Part shown: positions 34,088 through 43,861 of the stretch, in pieces
How the letters are laid out: each line of letters begins with the position of its first letter
Position numbering within the stretch: position 1 is the stretch's first letter
Source of the DNA: an uncultured Lactobacillus sp.
Lineage (GTDB): Bacteria; Bacillota; Bacilli; Lactobacillales; Lactobacillaceae
Assembly: GCF_902491705.1 (NCBI RefSeq)
Contig: NZ_CABUIW010000005.1
Coordinates: 1,755 to 65,754, forward strand
Direction: 5' to 3'
Length of the DNA: 64,000 nt
Notes under the pieces: generated by a model
Told to the model about the DNA's origin: nothing
What the model saw: the letters and a program-made list of their open reading frames with translations, nothing else
The model's database searches: none
Made by a program: the position numbers and the translations under genes

Positions 34088-34112
34088 AATTTCTAACTCT
34101 TTCTCTTTAACA

Positions 34113-34147
34113 AAAAAAGACCCACATCCCAATTAGGGATGTGAGTC
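34113..34147 (-). terminator. Strong terminator 25 nt upstream of the oppA start (end of the small-ORF transcript)
   Basis: The minus strand reads GACTCACATCCC-TAATT-GGGATGTGGGTCTTTTTTT (12-bp stem). Confidence 0.8.
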
Positions 34148-34171
34148 CTTGCTTAATAATCGTTTAATTAA

Positions 34172-34279
34172 TTATTTAACAAAAATCGCCGCACACCATA
34201 ATTTAGGATCACAAAATAAACCATCATTTTGGTGGCGGCGTCGTAATTCTACTGTTGATACGCTTTGTGATTCTAACAT
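34172..34279 (-). CDS. Unannotated 35-codon ORF MLESQSVSTVELRRRHQNDGLFCDPKLWCAAIFVK
   Basis: AAAGGAG lies 8 nt upstream of the ATG at 34279, and the stop is TAA at 34172-34174. The ORF has its own promoter and terminator. It is below the 60-aa cutoff of the ORF track. Confidence 0.45.
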   Translation of the reverse strand: MLESQSVSTVELRRRHQNDGLFCDPKLWCAAIFVK

Positions 34280-34314
34280 GATATGTAGCTCCTTTCTTAA
34301 ATAAATTTAATATT

Positions 34315-34343
34315 ATACTAATCTCACTCACATGATTTGTCAA
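34315..34343 (-). promoter_or_regulatory. Promoter of the 35-codon ORF
   Basis: The minus strand has TTGACA (34338-34343), a 17-nt spacer, then TAGTAT (34315-20) overlapping TATAAT (34312-17). Confidence 0.55.
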
Positions 34344-34482
34344 CAAGAAATTTAAAAAATATCCTTCAAAAATTCTTATTTAATCATAAGCTGTATTATT
34401 TGTTTAAAAAAAGAATACCACCTACAATATAGTCATAGGAGTAAAGTAAGGGCTTTCAAGAATTAAATGAGAGGTTTTTATT

Positions 34483-36930
34483 ATGACCGAAAATATAACA
34501 AACAATGTTGTCCTTAATCAAACTACCGACCCTAGAGTTAACAAAAATGTTCTTTGGTTCGATGAGTTGCATCGCTCAGATGTAGCTTTAGTTGGTGGTA
34601 AATCATCATCACTTGGTGAAATGACTTCTGCCACTAATATTCCAGTACCATATGGATTTGCTACAACTGCACATGCATATCGTTATTTCTTAAATTCAAC
34701 TGGTTTAAGCGATAAAGTCAGTGCTTTATTAAATGAAATCAAGGATTATGAAAACTCGGATGAATTACATCGTGTTTGTTCACAAATCCGTGAAATCATG
34801 ACTTCAACTCCAATGCCAGAAGATTTGGCTAATGATATTAAATCATCATATCAAAAATTAGCCGAAAAGATGCACAGAAATAATCCATTTGTCGCAGTAC
34901 GTTCATCTGCTACTGCTGAAGATTTACCAAATGCATCATTTGCTGGTCAACAAGATACATACTTGAATGTTCGCGGAGCTGATGACGTCGTTGAAAAAGT
35001 AAAGGAATGTTACGCATCCCTCTTTACTGACCGTGCAACTTACTATCGTCACAAGGCAAAGTTCCCATACCAAAAAGTTGCCTTATCTGCAGCAATTCAA
35101 ATGCAAGTCTTCTCCAAGGCTTCAGGAATTATGTTCACTGTTGATGTTTCAAATGGTAATGACAACAATATTGTCATTGATTCTATTTGGGGCTTAGGTG
35201 AATATATTGTCTCCGGCAAAGTAACGCCAGACCACTTTGTTGTTGACAAAAAGAGCCTTGAAATTGTTTCCAAAGCTATCACAACTAAGAAGATTGAATT
35301 AATCAGAGAACCTAATGGTGGTGTTCACCAAATTGATGTCCCTGAAGATAAACAGCAAGAAGCTTCATTGACTGATCAACAAGTTATCGAACTTGCTGGT
35401 TATGCAAAAGCAATTGAAAAGCACTATGGTTGCTACATGGATATGGAATGGGCAGTAGACAGCAGAACTAACAAAGTATGGCTTGTGCAAGCTCGTCCTG
35501 AAACTGTTTGGTCACAACGCAATAAGAATAAGCAAAAAGAAGTTAAAGAAGAATCTTCAAGTACAAATGCTTCAGATGCAGAAGTACTTTTAAGAGGTTT
35601 AACTGCAGCTCCTGGCCTTGCTTCTGGTAGAGTTCACATAATCGATGATCCAAAGGACATTGATGAATTCAAGAAAGGCGAAATCTTAGTTACTCTAATG
35701 ACTTCACCTGACTGGGTTCCAGCTATGCAAAAAGCTAACGCCATTATCACTAATAACGGTGGTATGACTTGTCACGCAGCTATCGTTTCTCGTGAAATGC
35801 AAATTCCATGTATTGTAGGTACGACTAGTCACGGCGTTAAAGCAACTGAAGTTCTTAAAGACGGTGAAATGATCACAGTCGATGCTAAAAACGGTGTTGT
35901 TTACAAAGGCGATATTGTTAATGCCTTGAAGCCAAAGAAGCAAGAATCTCAAGCTTCTACTGGTCAAATTGTCCAAGCTGAATACTTCCCACCTACAGCA
36001 ACCAGAGTCATGATGAACTTAGGTGACCCTGATTTAGCTGAAAAATATGCTAGTCTTCCAGCTGACGGTATCGGATTAATGCGTGAAGAATTCTTGTGGA
36101 CTTCATACATTCATGAGCACCCACTTTACTTAATTGAATCTGGTCACCCAGAAAAAGTTGTTAACGAATTAGCTAGCGGTATCGGTAAAGTTGCTCGTGC
36201 TATGTCACCTCGTCCAGTAGTCTTAAGATTCTCAGACTTCAAGTCTGGTGAATACCGTAACTTAAAGGGTGGCGACAAGTATGAGCCTCATGAATCAGCT
36301 GACCTTCTTGGCTGGCGTGGTGCTTCAAGATACTACGATCCTAAATACATTAATGCCTTCAAGCTTGAAATCAAGGCTATTAAGAAAGTTCGCGAAGAAT
36401 ACGGTTTGACTAACGTTAATGTTATGATTCCATTCTGCAGAACTGTCGAAGAAGCTAAGAAAGTTACTGACATCATGGCAGAAGAAGGCTTAAGAAGAAG
36501 CGAAAACTTCAAGATTTACATGATGGCAGAAATTCCTTCAAACATTATTTTGGCTGATCAATTCAACCAATATGTTGACGGCTACTCCATCGGTTCAAAC
36601 GACTTAACAATGCTTATCTTGGGCTGTGACAGAAACAACGATACTGTTGCTCACTTGTTCGACGAGCGCAACTTAGCAGTTAAGCGTGCAATTCGTCACT
36701 TAATTAAGGTTGCTCATAAAGATGGCAAGACAGTTTCAATCTGTGGTCAAGCTCCTTCTGAATACCCAGAATTCACTCAATTCTTAGTTCAAAGCGGCAT
36801 TGACTATGTATCTGTAAACCCAGATATGGTAAAGCAAACCAAATTGAATGTTGCTCACTATGAACAAAGAATCCTTTTAGACAAAGCAACTGGTAGAGGA
36901 TTACAAGACACTACTGATTACACTTGGTAA
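34483..36930 (+). CDS. ppsA: Phosphoenolpyruvate synthase (pyruvate, water dikinase)
   Basis: 815 aa. ATP-grasp N-domain, phosphohistidine swivel motif GGMTCHAAIVSRE, and a PEP-utilising C-domain (GSNDLT). Confidence 0.9.
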   Translation: MTENITNNVVLNQTTDPRVNKNVLWFDELHRSDVALVGGKSSSLGEMTSATNIPVPYGFATTAHAYRYFLNSTGLSDKVSALLNEIKDYENSDELHRVCSQIREIMTSTPMPEDLANDIKSSYQKLAEKMHRNNPFVAVRSSATAEDLPNASFAGQQDTYLNVRGADDVVEKVKECYASLFTDRATYYRHKAKFPYQKVALSAAIQMQVFSKASGIMFTVDVSNGNDNNIVIDSIWGLGEYIVSGKVTPDHFVVDKKSLEIVSKAITTKKIELIREPNGGVHQIDVPEDKQQEASLTDQQVIELAGYAKAIEKHYGCYMDMEWAVDSRTNKVWLVQARPETVWSQRNKNKQKEVKEESSSTNASDAEVLLRGLTAAPGLASGRVHIIDDPKDIDEFKKGEILVTLMTSPDWVPAMQKANAIITNNGGMTCHAAIVSREMQIPCIVGTTSHGVKATEVLKDGEMITVDAKNGVVYKGDIVNALKPKKQESQASTGQIVQAEYFPPTATRVMMNLGDPDLAEKYASLPADGIGLMREEFLWTSYIHEHPLYLIESGHPEKVVNELASGIGKVARAMSPRPVVLRFSDFKSGEYRNLKGGDKYEPHESADLLGWRGASRYYDPKYINAFKLEIKAIKKVREEYGLTNVNVMIPFCRTVEEAKKVTDIMAEEGLRRSENFKIYMMAEIPSNIILADQFNQYVDGYSIGSNDLTMLILGCDRNNDTVAHLFDERNLAVKRAIRHLIKVAHKDGKTVSICGQAPSEYPEFTQFLVQSGIDYVSVNPDMVKQTKLNVAHYEQRILLDKATGRGLQDTTDYTW

Positions 36931-36943
36931 AATCAATTAAATA

Positions 36944-36978
36944 AAATGGATCGACCAAATCTGGCCGATCCATTTTTT
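36944..36978. terminator. Bidirectional terminator
   Basis: aaaatggatcg(a/g)cc-aaatct-ggccgatccatttttt. Confidence 0.8.
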
Positions 36979-37483
36979 ATTTTCTGACGGAAATTGTTAA
37001 AATCTTGCGATTGGTAAACTTATCATTTCGCTCAAACTTTTCCATCAATTCGGATAAATCAGGGCTAATCTGATCAAGTCTCTCCTTGTTTAATGGACGC
37101 TTGATATTGATACTGCTTCTTTGCCAATCATTATCATCATTAGAATTCTCGCTCCATGGCAAATCAATTGTCTCACTTGTTCCATCTTCAAAATATAACG
37201 TTACATTAACAATATCATTATGTGCATACAGTCGCTCACCTAATGGCTCCTGCATATTAGTAAGATTCTGATTAGCTAATTCATAATCCAATTTGATGAA
37301 AAATCTCTTTGCTACAAGATTGCCAGAGAAAACCATGGCACCATCTTCAAAATGCTGTTCACCTATTTGGTGCAACCCAGTAAATTTCATATCTTCAATT
37401 GCGTCACTTGGTACTTCGCCAACTTCTACGTTTTCAAAAGCAAATTCAATTTTACTTAGCTTCTTTTGTACCATGTTATCCAC
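36977..37483 (-). CDS. Hypothetical cytoplasmic protein (168 aa)
   Basis: Clean acidic ORF. No motif recognised. Confidence 0.5.
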   Translation of the reverse strand: MDNMVQKKLSKIEFAFENVEVGEVPSDAIEDMKFTGLHQIGEQHFEDGAMVFSGNLVAKRFFIKLDYELANQNLTNMQEPLGERLYAHNDIVNVTLYFEDGTSETIDLPWSENSNDDNDWQRSSINIKRPLNKERLDQISPDLSELMEKFERNDKFTNRKILTISVRK

Positions 37484-37509
37484 CTCGATTATGAAATACC
37501 TATTTCAAA

Positions 37510-38268
37510 TTATTTCTTCTGATGCTTATATACTTTGTGAGGTTTTCTTGTCTTGTTAATGCCCCAAATAATTGCGACGGCGGCGATGATTAAAACTGCA
37601 CCACTAATTACTATTGTTGGCCAAGCAGAAGTTTTTTGCTTAGTTTTATTTTGGTCTGATTTAGTCTGAGTAGCAGATTTCTTTGACTTTTTAGGCTTAG
37701 TAGAAGATTGAGATTGATCTTCTGATGAGTTTTCATCTTGATCTGAACTTTGCTTAGATGAAGAACTGGCGCTACTTTGAGAGTTTTGCTTATTATTTGA
37801 AGCTTGGCTATTATTGCTTGATTGATGATTTGTGTGGTGATTATTTTGATTAGTATTTGAATCTGGAATGCCATAAGTCTTTTTATAAGCTTCAGAAGAT
37901 TTTTTCACCACATAAACCTTCATATCAGTAATTCCACTTGGATTCGTCCAGTCAACGGGAATCATCGATGGCGGATTACTGATATAACCATACCCATCAA
38001 TTTGCGGAAAACTGTAAAATTGGAACATTCGATGCGGACTATCAGTGTAGCCAGTCTCTATATCAAGCAAATATCGTCCTAAAAATTGACCATTTTCTTG
38101 ATCATAAACATTAGCATAGAGCTTTTGCACACTAACTGCATGGTTAGTATTAGTTGTAGTTGTTTGATTAGTATTTTCATCAGCTAAAACAGTAGTTGTC
38201 GTTGAAATCGGCATAGCTAAAGCTGCTATGATCATTGCACTAATAATCTTTTTATTATTTCTTAGCAT
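37510..38268 (-). CDS. Surface protein: signal peptide, MucBP-like module, S/N/Q-rich spacer, C-terminal TM anchor
   Basis: Signal peptide MLRNNKKIISAMIIAALAMP. The segment VYDQENGQFLGRYLL...GYGYISNPP resembles MucBP. Low-complexity region SSNNSQASNNKQNSQSSASSSS. C-terminal hydrophobic helix plus KTRKPHK; no LPXTG. Confidence 0.5.
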   Translation of the reverse strand: MLRNNKKIISAMIIAALAMPISTTTTVLADENTNQTTTTNTNHAVSVQKLYANVYDQENGQFLGRYLLDIETGYTDSPHRMFQFYSFPQIDGYGYISNPPSMIPVDWTNPSGITDMKVYVVKKSSEAYKKTYGIPDSNTNQNNHHTNHQSSNNSQASNNKQNSQSSASSSSKQSSDQDENSSEDQSQSSTKPKKSKKSATQTKSDQNKTKQKTSAWPTIVISGAVLIIAAVAIIWGINKTRKPHKVYKHQKK

Positions 38269-38378
38269 GATAATCCCTTCTTTTCAAAGGATTGAAAGCA
38301 TTTTATTCTTTCACTTATATTTTATCGCGAAAAGGCAAATAAAAAAATTGCCATCTATGATGACAATTTCTCTATTCA

Positions 38379-39581
38379 TTACTTCATTTCAGGACTATCA
38401 ACATAAGACATTTCTGACCAAGCACCTGGCTTTGTGTGCAACGATCTAATACTTTCAGCACCTGGCAATGGATTGCCTACCTTTTCAGCAGAAAAGTTAT
38501 CGATCATCCCTTGAGTCATACCATTCTTCTTAGTCTGGTCAATGGTAATCTTATCAACTATCTCATCTTCATGACCAGTCAAAATCTTCTCTGCAAATAA
38601 TGGATCAATGATATTTTCTCTGCCGACAGCAACCAAGTCAGTATACTTCATTGCATCCCTAGCTTTTTCTGGGCTATTAACGCCGCCAACGATAATCTCC
38701 TTAGTGCCTTCGCCAAGAACTGGTCTGAATAATTCAGCAAAAGTCTTGTCGCTATCCTTAGGCTTTTGATTATATGCTGGCAAGGACAAGTGAATATAGT
38801 CTAGATCAAACTTATCAGTAATTGCCTTAATCAGTTGCGTTGACTCATGCCAAGTATAGCCAACATTATCTGGATTGATTTCTTCAGGACTAATTCTATA
38901 GCCTACGATAAAGTCCTTTGGTGCATACTTCTTAACTGCATTCATTACTGATTCAACTACTGCAAGTGGGAAGTTCATTCTCTTCTCAAGGCTGCCGCCC
39001 CAATGATCAGTACGGTGGTTTGAATATACGGAGAAAAATTGTTGGATCAAGTAGTGGTTAGCACCGTGGATTTCAACACCGTCAAAGCCAGCTTCAACTG
39101 CACGCTTAACAGCATCTCCGAAGTCACGCACTACCTTTTGAATTTGTTCATCACTATATTCATGAACCTTATATGGCAAAAATGGAAAATCCATTGCGCT
39201 TGGTGCATAAACAGGCTTGCCGTAAAGGGCTACGCGGCCACTTGCTTCACGACCAGTGTCAGCAATCTGCATAATTGCTTTATTGCCACTACTCTTCATT
39301 GCAGAAGCAACTTTCTTCAATTGCGGAATAAATTTGTCATCGTAAACAGCAAGTTGCGTACGATCTTTAGCCCAAGAAATTGCAGGACCACCTTCAGGAC
39401 TGACGTAGATATATTCAGTAATAATCATGCCGCCGGACTTGGAGTGGTGCTTATAGTAATTAATTGTATCGCTACTTGCCTCGCCTTCAATACCGCTGTT
39501 GGTCAACATTGGCGGTTGAACGAAGCGATTAGCAATAGTTGCACCGTGTTTAAAAGTCAAAGAATCATTTAATTCAGCCAT
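38379..39581 (-). CDS. NADH:flavin oxidoreductase, Old Yellow Enzyme family
   Basis: 400 aa. OYE-type TIM barrel segments (FDGVEIHGANHYLIQQF, NHRTDHWGGS). Confidence 0.85.
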   Translation of the reverse strand: MAELNDSLTFKHGATIANRFVQPPMLTNSGIEGEASSDTINYYKHHSKSGGMIITEYIYVSPEGGPAISWAKDRTQLAVYDDKFIPQLKKVASAMKSSGNKAIMQIADTGREASGRVALYGKPVYAPSAMDFPFLPYKVHEYSDEQIQKVVRDFGDAVKRAVEAGFDGVEIHGANHYLIQQFFSVYSNHRTDHWGGSLEKRMNFPLAVVESVMNAVKKYAPKDFIVGYRISPEEINPDNVGYTWHESTQLIKAITDKFDLDYIHLSLPAYNQKPKDSDKTFAELFRPVLGEGTKEIIVGGVNSPEKARDAMKYTDLVAVGRENIIDPLFAEKILTGHEDEIVDKITIDQTKKNGMTQGMIDNFSAEKVGNPLPGAESIRSLHTKPGAWSEMSYVDSPEMK

Positions 39582-39689
39582 CTTAATTCTCCTTACTTTT
39601 TATCAGTTAAATCAATTTCATTATAGCACTTATTTTATGTAAGTGAACTATCTTGTTATGAAAAAAGCCAGCATATTGTACTGACTTCA

Positions 39690-40316
39690 TTACTTAACCG
39701 GAATACGGATAACTGTCTTCAAGTTTTCAACTTTGGTTCTTCTTGGATCTGACAAATATATTTCATGATGGCGACGAGCATCTGAGTAATCTGGTGTCAA
39801 TCCGTTTTGCTCAGCAAATTTTTTCATCTTCTCGATCGTAGCTGGCTCATCGTCATAAGAGCCCACATGCATTACCTGCACGCATTTTCCTTCTTCCAAA
39901 GTAATCAATTCTACTTCAGAAAAATCACCATCTTTTTTCTTACTTGCTTCTTCAATTGCCCAATCAAAAACTTCTTGAGTAACAAACTCCGGCATGCGAA
40001 TCATGGAAATGAATTCAAAGTTTTCCTTGTGCGCATAATCAATGCCAGTAGTGTTTTCTTGCCACCACAGTCCTTCTAGCGGTGGAACAACAAAATCAAA
40101 GTAATCCTTGATCTGATGATCACTCTTTTTACTCATCTTGATTGTATAAGCAACTCCATAGAGCAGCTGGATGGCCTTCTTATACTCACTATCTTCTTGA
40201 TTAGGATCGCCTTTACCGCGAACCGCGATGCAATTCATCTTGGGAACTTCAATAATTTCCGGCTTTTTACCAGGTTTATAGAACTGTTTTTGCTCTTTTT
40301 TAAAATCGTATGCCAT
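39690..40316 (-). CDS. GyrI-like small-molecule-binding domain protein
   Basis: 208 aa. The pattern ...EIIEVPKMNCIAVRGKGDPN...HHEIYLSDPRR is typical of the GyrI-like/SOUL fold family. Confidence 0.65.
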   Translation of the reverse strand: MAYDFKKEQKQFYKPGKKPEIIEVPKMNCIAVRGKGDPNQEDSEYKKAIQLLYGVAYTIKMSKKSDHQIKDYFDFVVPPLEGLWWQENTTGIDYAHKENFEFISMIRMPEFVTQEVFDWAIEEASKKKDGDFSEVELITLEEGKCVQVMHVGSYDDEPATIEKMKKFAEQNGLTPDYSDARRHHEIYLSDPRRTKVENLKTVIRIPVK

Positions 40317-40421
40317 AGGATTTCATCTTTCTATCTAATCGCTTTCTTTTAATTGTATCCCAGGCAAAATTTTTATAAAACAAAACTGTTTTAACATTTA
40401 AATTGATTTCACATTAACATA

Positions 40422-41414
40422 TTAATTAATAGCATTACGTGATTTTTTACCATTATAAACATCAATAATATCTTTTGCACTAATGCCAACCATATTTTTA
40501 ACTGAAGTTTTAGTATAAAAAGCTGAGTGTGGAGTAATTACAACATTTGGCATGGCAGCTAATTCTTTATAATCAGCTGGAATTTTATCTTTTTGCACCT
40601 TTAAACCAAAATAGCTGTTTTCATCAGCTAATGTATCAAGACCTGCTCCAGAAATTTCATGGTTCTTTAAAGCTGAAATTAAAGCTTGCGTATCAATTAA
40701 ACCACCACGTGCACAATTGATAAGATAAGCAGAATTCTTCATTTCTTTTAATTCTTTTTCTCCTATCATATTTGTAGTAGATGGTAACAAAGGCGTATGT
40801 AAAGAAATAATATCTGATTCTTTAATTACAGTATCAAAATCAGTGTAAGTTAAAAATGGTTCATTAGCTGGATTATATACGACATCATAAGCTAAAACTT
40901 TGGCACCTAAGGCCGAGAAAATTTGTGCAACTGCTGAGCCGATATTCCCTACACCTATCAGACCAACTGTCTTGTTAAAAATCTCATCACTGATTAATTC
41001 ATCTGGATATGTAAAATCACCATTTTTATCCATATTTTCACGAAATTCACCGATATGGCGAAGTAAATACATTGCCTGTGTAACTGCCATTTCAGCAATT
41101 GCGCGTGGTGAATAAACCGGAACATGTGTAACCTTTAACTTATATTTATTAGCTAAATCAATATTAATAATATCAGTACCAACAATTCGCAACCCAATGG
41201 ATTTTAAGCCAAATTCATGAAGTTTCCGATAGATTTCTTCATCTTTTAATGGCACAGTTTGCTTTAAATCAATTCCTTGATAGCCTTTTACTTCATCAAC
41301 ATTTTCGGCCGTTAATACTCCTTCTTTAACATCAATTTTGTCATCATGTGTTTCATTCCAAGTATTGATAACATTCAATTCACTTTGACTAGCGTTAAAT
41401 AATGCAATTTTCAT
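40422..41414 (-). CDS. D-isomer-specific 2-hydroxyacid dehydrogenase (D-lactate dehydrogenase-like)
   Basis: 330 aa. NAD motif VGLIGVGNIGSAV, the catalytic region NCARGGLID, and TPHSAFYT. Confidence 0.85.
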   Translation of the reverse strand: MKIALFNASQSELNVINTWNETHDDKIDVKEGVLTAENVDEVKGYQGIDLKQTVPLKDEEIYRKLHEFGLKSIGLRIVGTDIINIDLANKYKLKVTHVPVYSPRAIAEMAVTQAMYLLRHIGEFRENMDKNGDFTYPDELISDEIFNKTVGLIGVGNIGSAVAQIFSALGAKVLAYDVVYNPANEPFLTYTDFDTVIKESDIISLHTPLLPSTTNMIGEKELKEMKNSAYLINCARGGLIDTQALISALKNHEISGAGLDTLADENSYFGLKVQKDKIPADYKELAAMPNVVITPHSAFYTKTSVKNMVGISAKDIIDVYNGKKSRNAIN

Positions 41415-41431
41415 AATAAAGTCTTCTTTCT

Positions 41432-42733
41432 TTAAAGAAACAATGGTAATAATAAACTAATCCAAATCAACATGATTGCTCCACCAATTCTATTGGCAAT
41501 TGTCGCAAAAGGCATTAGCTCCATTCGATTAGCAGCAGTCAAAGTAGCAACCGCTCCAGATCCACCGGTATTTCCAACTTGCAATCCAATTGAAACAATA
41601 GATTCGATTGGATTGAAATGAAAGATTAAGCCAAAAATCAAAGATCCTACAACGGCACCTATTAATCCCATTACTAAAACAAATAAATTAGCTGGACTGA
41701 AATATTCTGCTACTTGAGCCAAATTTAGAGATGAAATACCTATTCCAGTAATTAATGCTGCTAATAATCCTTTTAACATAAAGTTTTCGAATAAGCCAGC
41801 ATCAACACATAAATCATTTCTGGCAAAAGGACTTGCCTTAAATAAAATCACTAAAATAGCAGTCCAGGCGATCACACTAATTCGTGGAATATATTTTCCT
41901 AATATTTGTCCACATATAATGAATGCTAAGCAAACTAAAAATCCAACGCTCATTCTTATTGGCATATCTTCACGAGTAACTTTAACCTGACTTAAATCAT
42001 TAGTTGAAACCATATCTTGATTTCCACTAGAACTTTTTAGCAATTGCCCATTACCAGTCCAATTCGGTTTTTTCATACCTAATTGATTCATAACTGAGCA
42101 TAAAAAGACACAGAGCACATTATTAATGTTTAAAAACACCAAGAATTTTGCAGCATATGATCCAACATCATGATGGAAAAAACTTTGATAAATACTTGGT
42201 ACTGCCACAATAGCTCCACTTGACCCACCAGCATAGGTTGGTAAGCCAGTCATAAATATAGATTTAAGTGGCGACCAATGTAACAACAAGCCACCTAGCC
42301 ATAGAAATAAAACAATAAATAATTGCGTGCCAATAATCACTGGCAATACTCTCCATGCTGCTTTCAATAGTAATTTTTTATCCATAACTAGGATAGAGCC
42401 AACTATAACTGCCACGATATAAATATCAATAAATCCAGAAGACATAAAAGTCGAAATTGATTTGATAGTATATTTAGGTAAAAGATGAAAATATACTAGT
42501 GCTGATCCACCAAATAATGGTAGTAGAACCGCTCCACCTAACCACTTACCTATAATTGGCAAAATTCCACCAACATAGAAGAAAATTCCACCGAGTACAA
42601 AGAGAAGTGCTAATGCACCAATACTGTTTTCACCTAAAGTCCCTGTATAAGTAGCCACTAGAACTACTACAGCAATAATCAAAAAATCTATTAGCGGTAA
42701 ATGTGCAATTTTAATTTTGTTTAGCTCTTTCAT
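41432..42733 (-). CDS. 2-hydroxycarboxylate transporter (2-HCT; CitP/MleP/CitS-like) family permease
   Basis: About 433 aa, polytopic, with family-typical length and GGSGA / NTGGSGA reentrant-loop motifs. There is a 17-nt gap to the dehydrogenase gene. The start is ATG 42733 or GTG 42742. Confidence 0.75.
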   Translation of the reverse strand: MKELNKIKIAHLPLIDFLIIAVVVLVATYTGTLGENSIGALALLFVLGGIFFYVGGILPIIGKWLGGAVLLPLFGGSALVYFHLLPKYTIKSISTFMSSGFIDIYIVAVIVGSILVMDKKLLLKAAWRVLPVIIGTQLFIVLFLWLGGLLLHWSPLKSIFMTGLPTYAGGSSGAIVAVPSIYQSFFHHDVGSYAAKFLVFLNINNVLCVFLCSVMNQLGMKKPNWTGNGQLLKSSSGNQDMVSTNDLSQVKVTREDMPIRMSVGFLVCLAFIICGQILGKYIPRISVIAWTAILVILFKASPFARNDLCVDAGLFENFMLKGLLAALITGIGISSLNLAQVAEYFSPANLFVLVMGLIGAVVGSLIFGLIFHFNPIESIVSIGLQVGNTGGSGAVATLTAANRMELMPFATIANRIGGAIMLIWISLLLPLFL

Positions 42734-42772
42734 AAAAATCACATTTTCTATTTTTAATTAGCTAATTTTACT

Positions 42773-42786
42773 AGTATAATTTTACT
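42773..42786. promoter_or_regulatory. Operator-like sequence AGTATAATTTTACT (op1 with the central CG deleted) in the transporter/lacI divergent region
   Basis: Identical to 45568-45583 except for loss of the central CG. It also contains TATAAT. Confidence 0.3.
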
Positions 42787-42809
42787 AAAAGGTGAAAGAA
42801 GGCTTTTTA

Positions 42810-43820
42810 ATGCACGTTACAATGAAAAAAGTTGCCCAAAATGCGGGGGTATCAGTTTCAACAGTTTCCATAATTGTTAACGGTCATCAAAAGGAACGTC
42901 ACATTCCTCAAAGTACCGTCGATAAGGTTCGCAAATCAATGCAACAATTAGGCTATAAACCTAATAGAAACGCCCAACAATTACGCTCTGCTAGGCCAAC
43001 TAATCTATCAATTGCACTTTGCTTTCCTCTTGATCCAAATACTGGATTAATTGAAGTTTTGCCAGCACTCATTTCTTATATTCAAAAAGAAATTGTAAGC
43101 AAGAAACTGCCTTGGAACTTAGTTATTAAACCTTTTCAAAATGATAAGGCTGATCAACTTATTAAAACCTTTAAAAAAGGTAACTATGATGCTGCTTTAA
43201 TTGCGGCTGCAAGTTCTAAAGATATTCACGATCTTGAAAACTCAGATTTATTAATACCAATAGTGCTACTTAATCGAATTTCAGATAGATTATCAACTGT
43301 AGGTGTAGATCCACAATTAATTGCTCAAACAGCAATCACTTTACTTCAAGCAAAGCATATAAAAACTATTTCTGTAGTACTAGATGCTAATAATTATTCT
43401 GCTTCTAATACTAGAATGGAAGCTATTATTTCTAGAGCAAAAAAAGTTGGAATTAAAGTTTTTGCAACCTATCAATCACAATATAGTAATGAATCCGGTA
43501 CAAAAGTAGCTCAACAAATGATTGCTAAAAAAGATTTTCATCCTGTTATCGCTGAATCAGACTTAACCGCAATAGGTATGGTTTATTACTTTAATCATCA
43601 TAATGTTCAAATCCCTCAGCAATTAAAATTGTTAACCTTGAGTGTACTTGAGCAGAATTTCACAGCTTATCAAACACCTTCGATTTCAACTATTAGTCTT
43701 TCAACTAGTGATATTGCAAAAGAATCAATTGCAATCATTCAGAAACAATTAAACAATAAAAATATTCCGCAGCATATTCTTCTTTCGCCAGAATTACATT
43801 TAAGAGAAACCTTCAATTAA
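42810..43820 (+). CDS. LacI-family transcriptional regulator
   Basis: HTH segment VTMKKVAQNAGVSVSTVSIIVNG, followed by a periplasmic-binding-protein-like effector domain. Confidence 0.85.
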   Translation: MHVTMKKVAQNAGVSVSTVSIIVNGHQKERHIPQSTVDKVRKSMQQLGYKPNRNAQQLRSARPTNLSIALCFPLDPNTGLIEVLPALISYIQKEIVSKKLPWNLVIKPFQNDKADQLIKTFKKGNYDAALIAAASSKDIHDLENSDLLIPIVLLNRISDRLSTVGVDPQLIAQTAITLLQAKHIKTISVVLDANNYSASNTRMEAIISRAKKVGIKVFATYQSQYSNESGTKVAQQMIAKKDFHPVIAESDLTAIGMVYYFNHHNVQIPQQLKLLTLSVLEQNFTAYQTPSISTISLSTSDIAKESIAIIQKQLNNKNIPQHILLSPELHLRETFN

Positions 43821-43822
43821 CA

Positions 43823-43855
43823 AAGGGTAAGAACTTTGAGTTCTTACCCCTTTTA
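43823..43855. terminator. Bidirectional terminator
   Basis: aaagggtaagaac-tttgag-ttcttacccctttt. Confidence 0.85.
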
Positions 43856-43861
43856 TTAAGA

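Noticed and set aside
34440-34455. cre-like sequence upstream of ppsA (revcomp TGAAAGCCCTTACT)
   Set aside because: The invariant central CG is replaced by CC.
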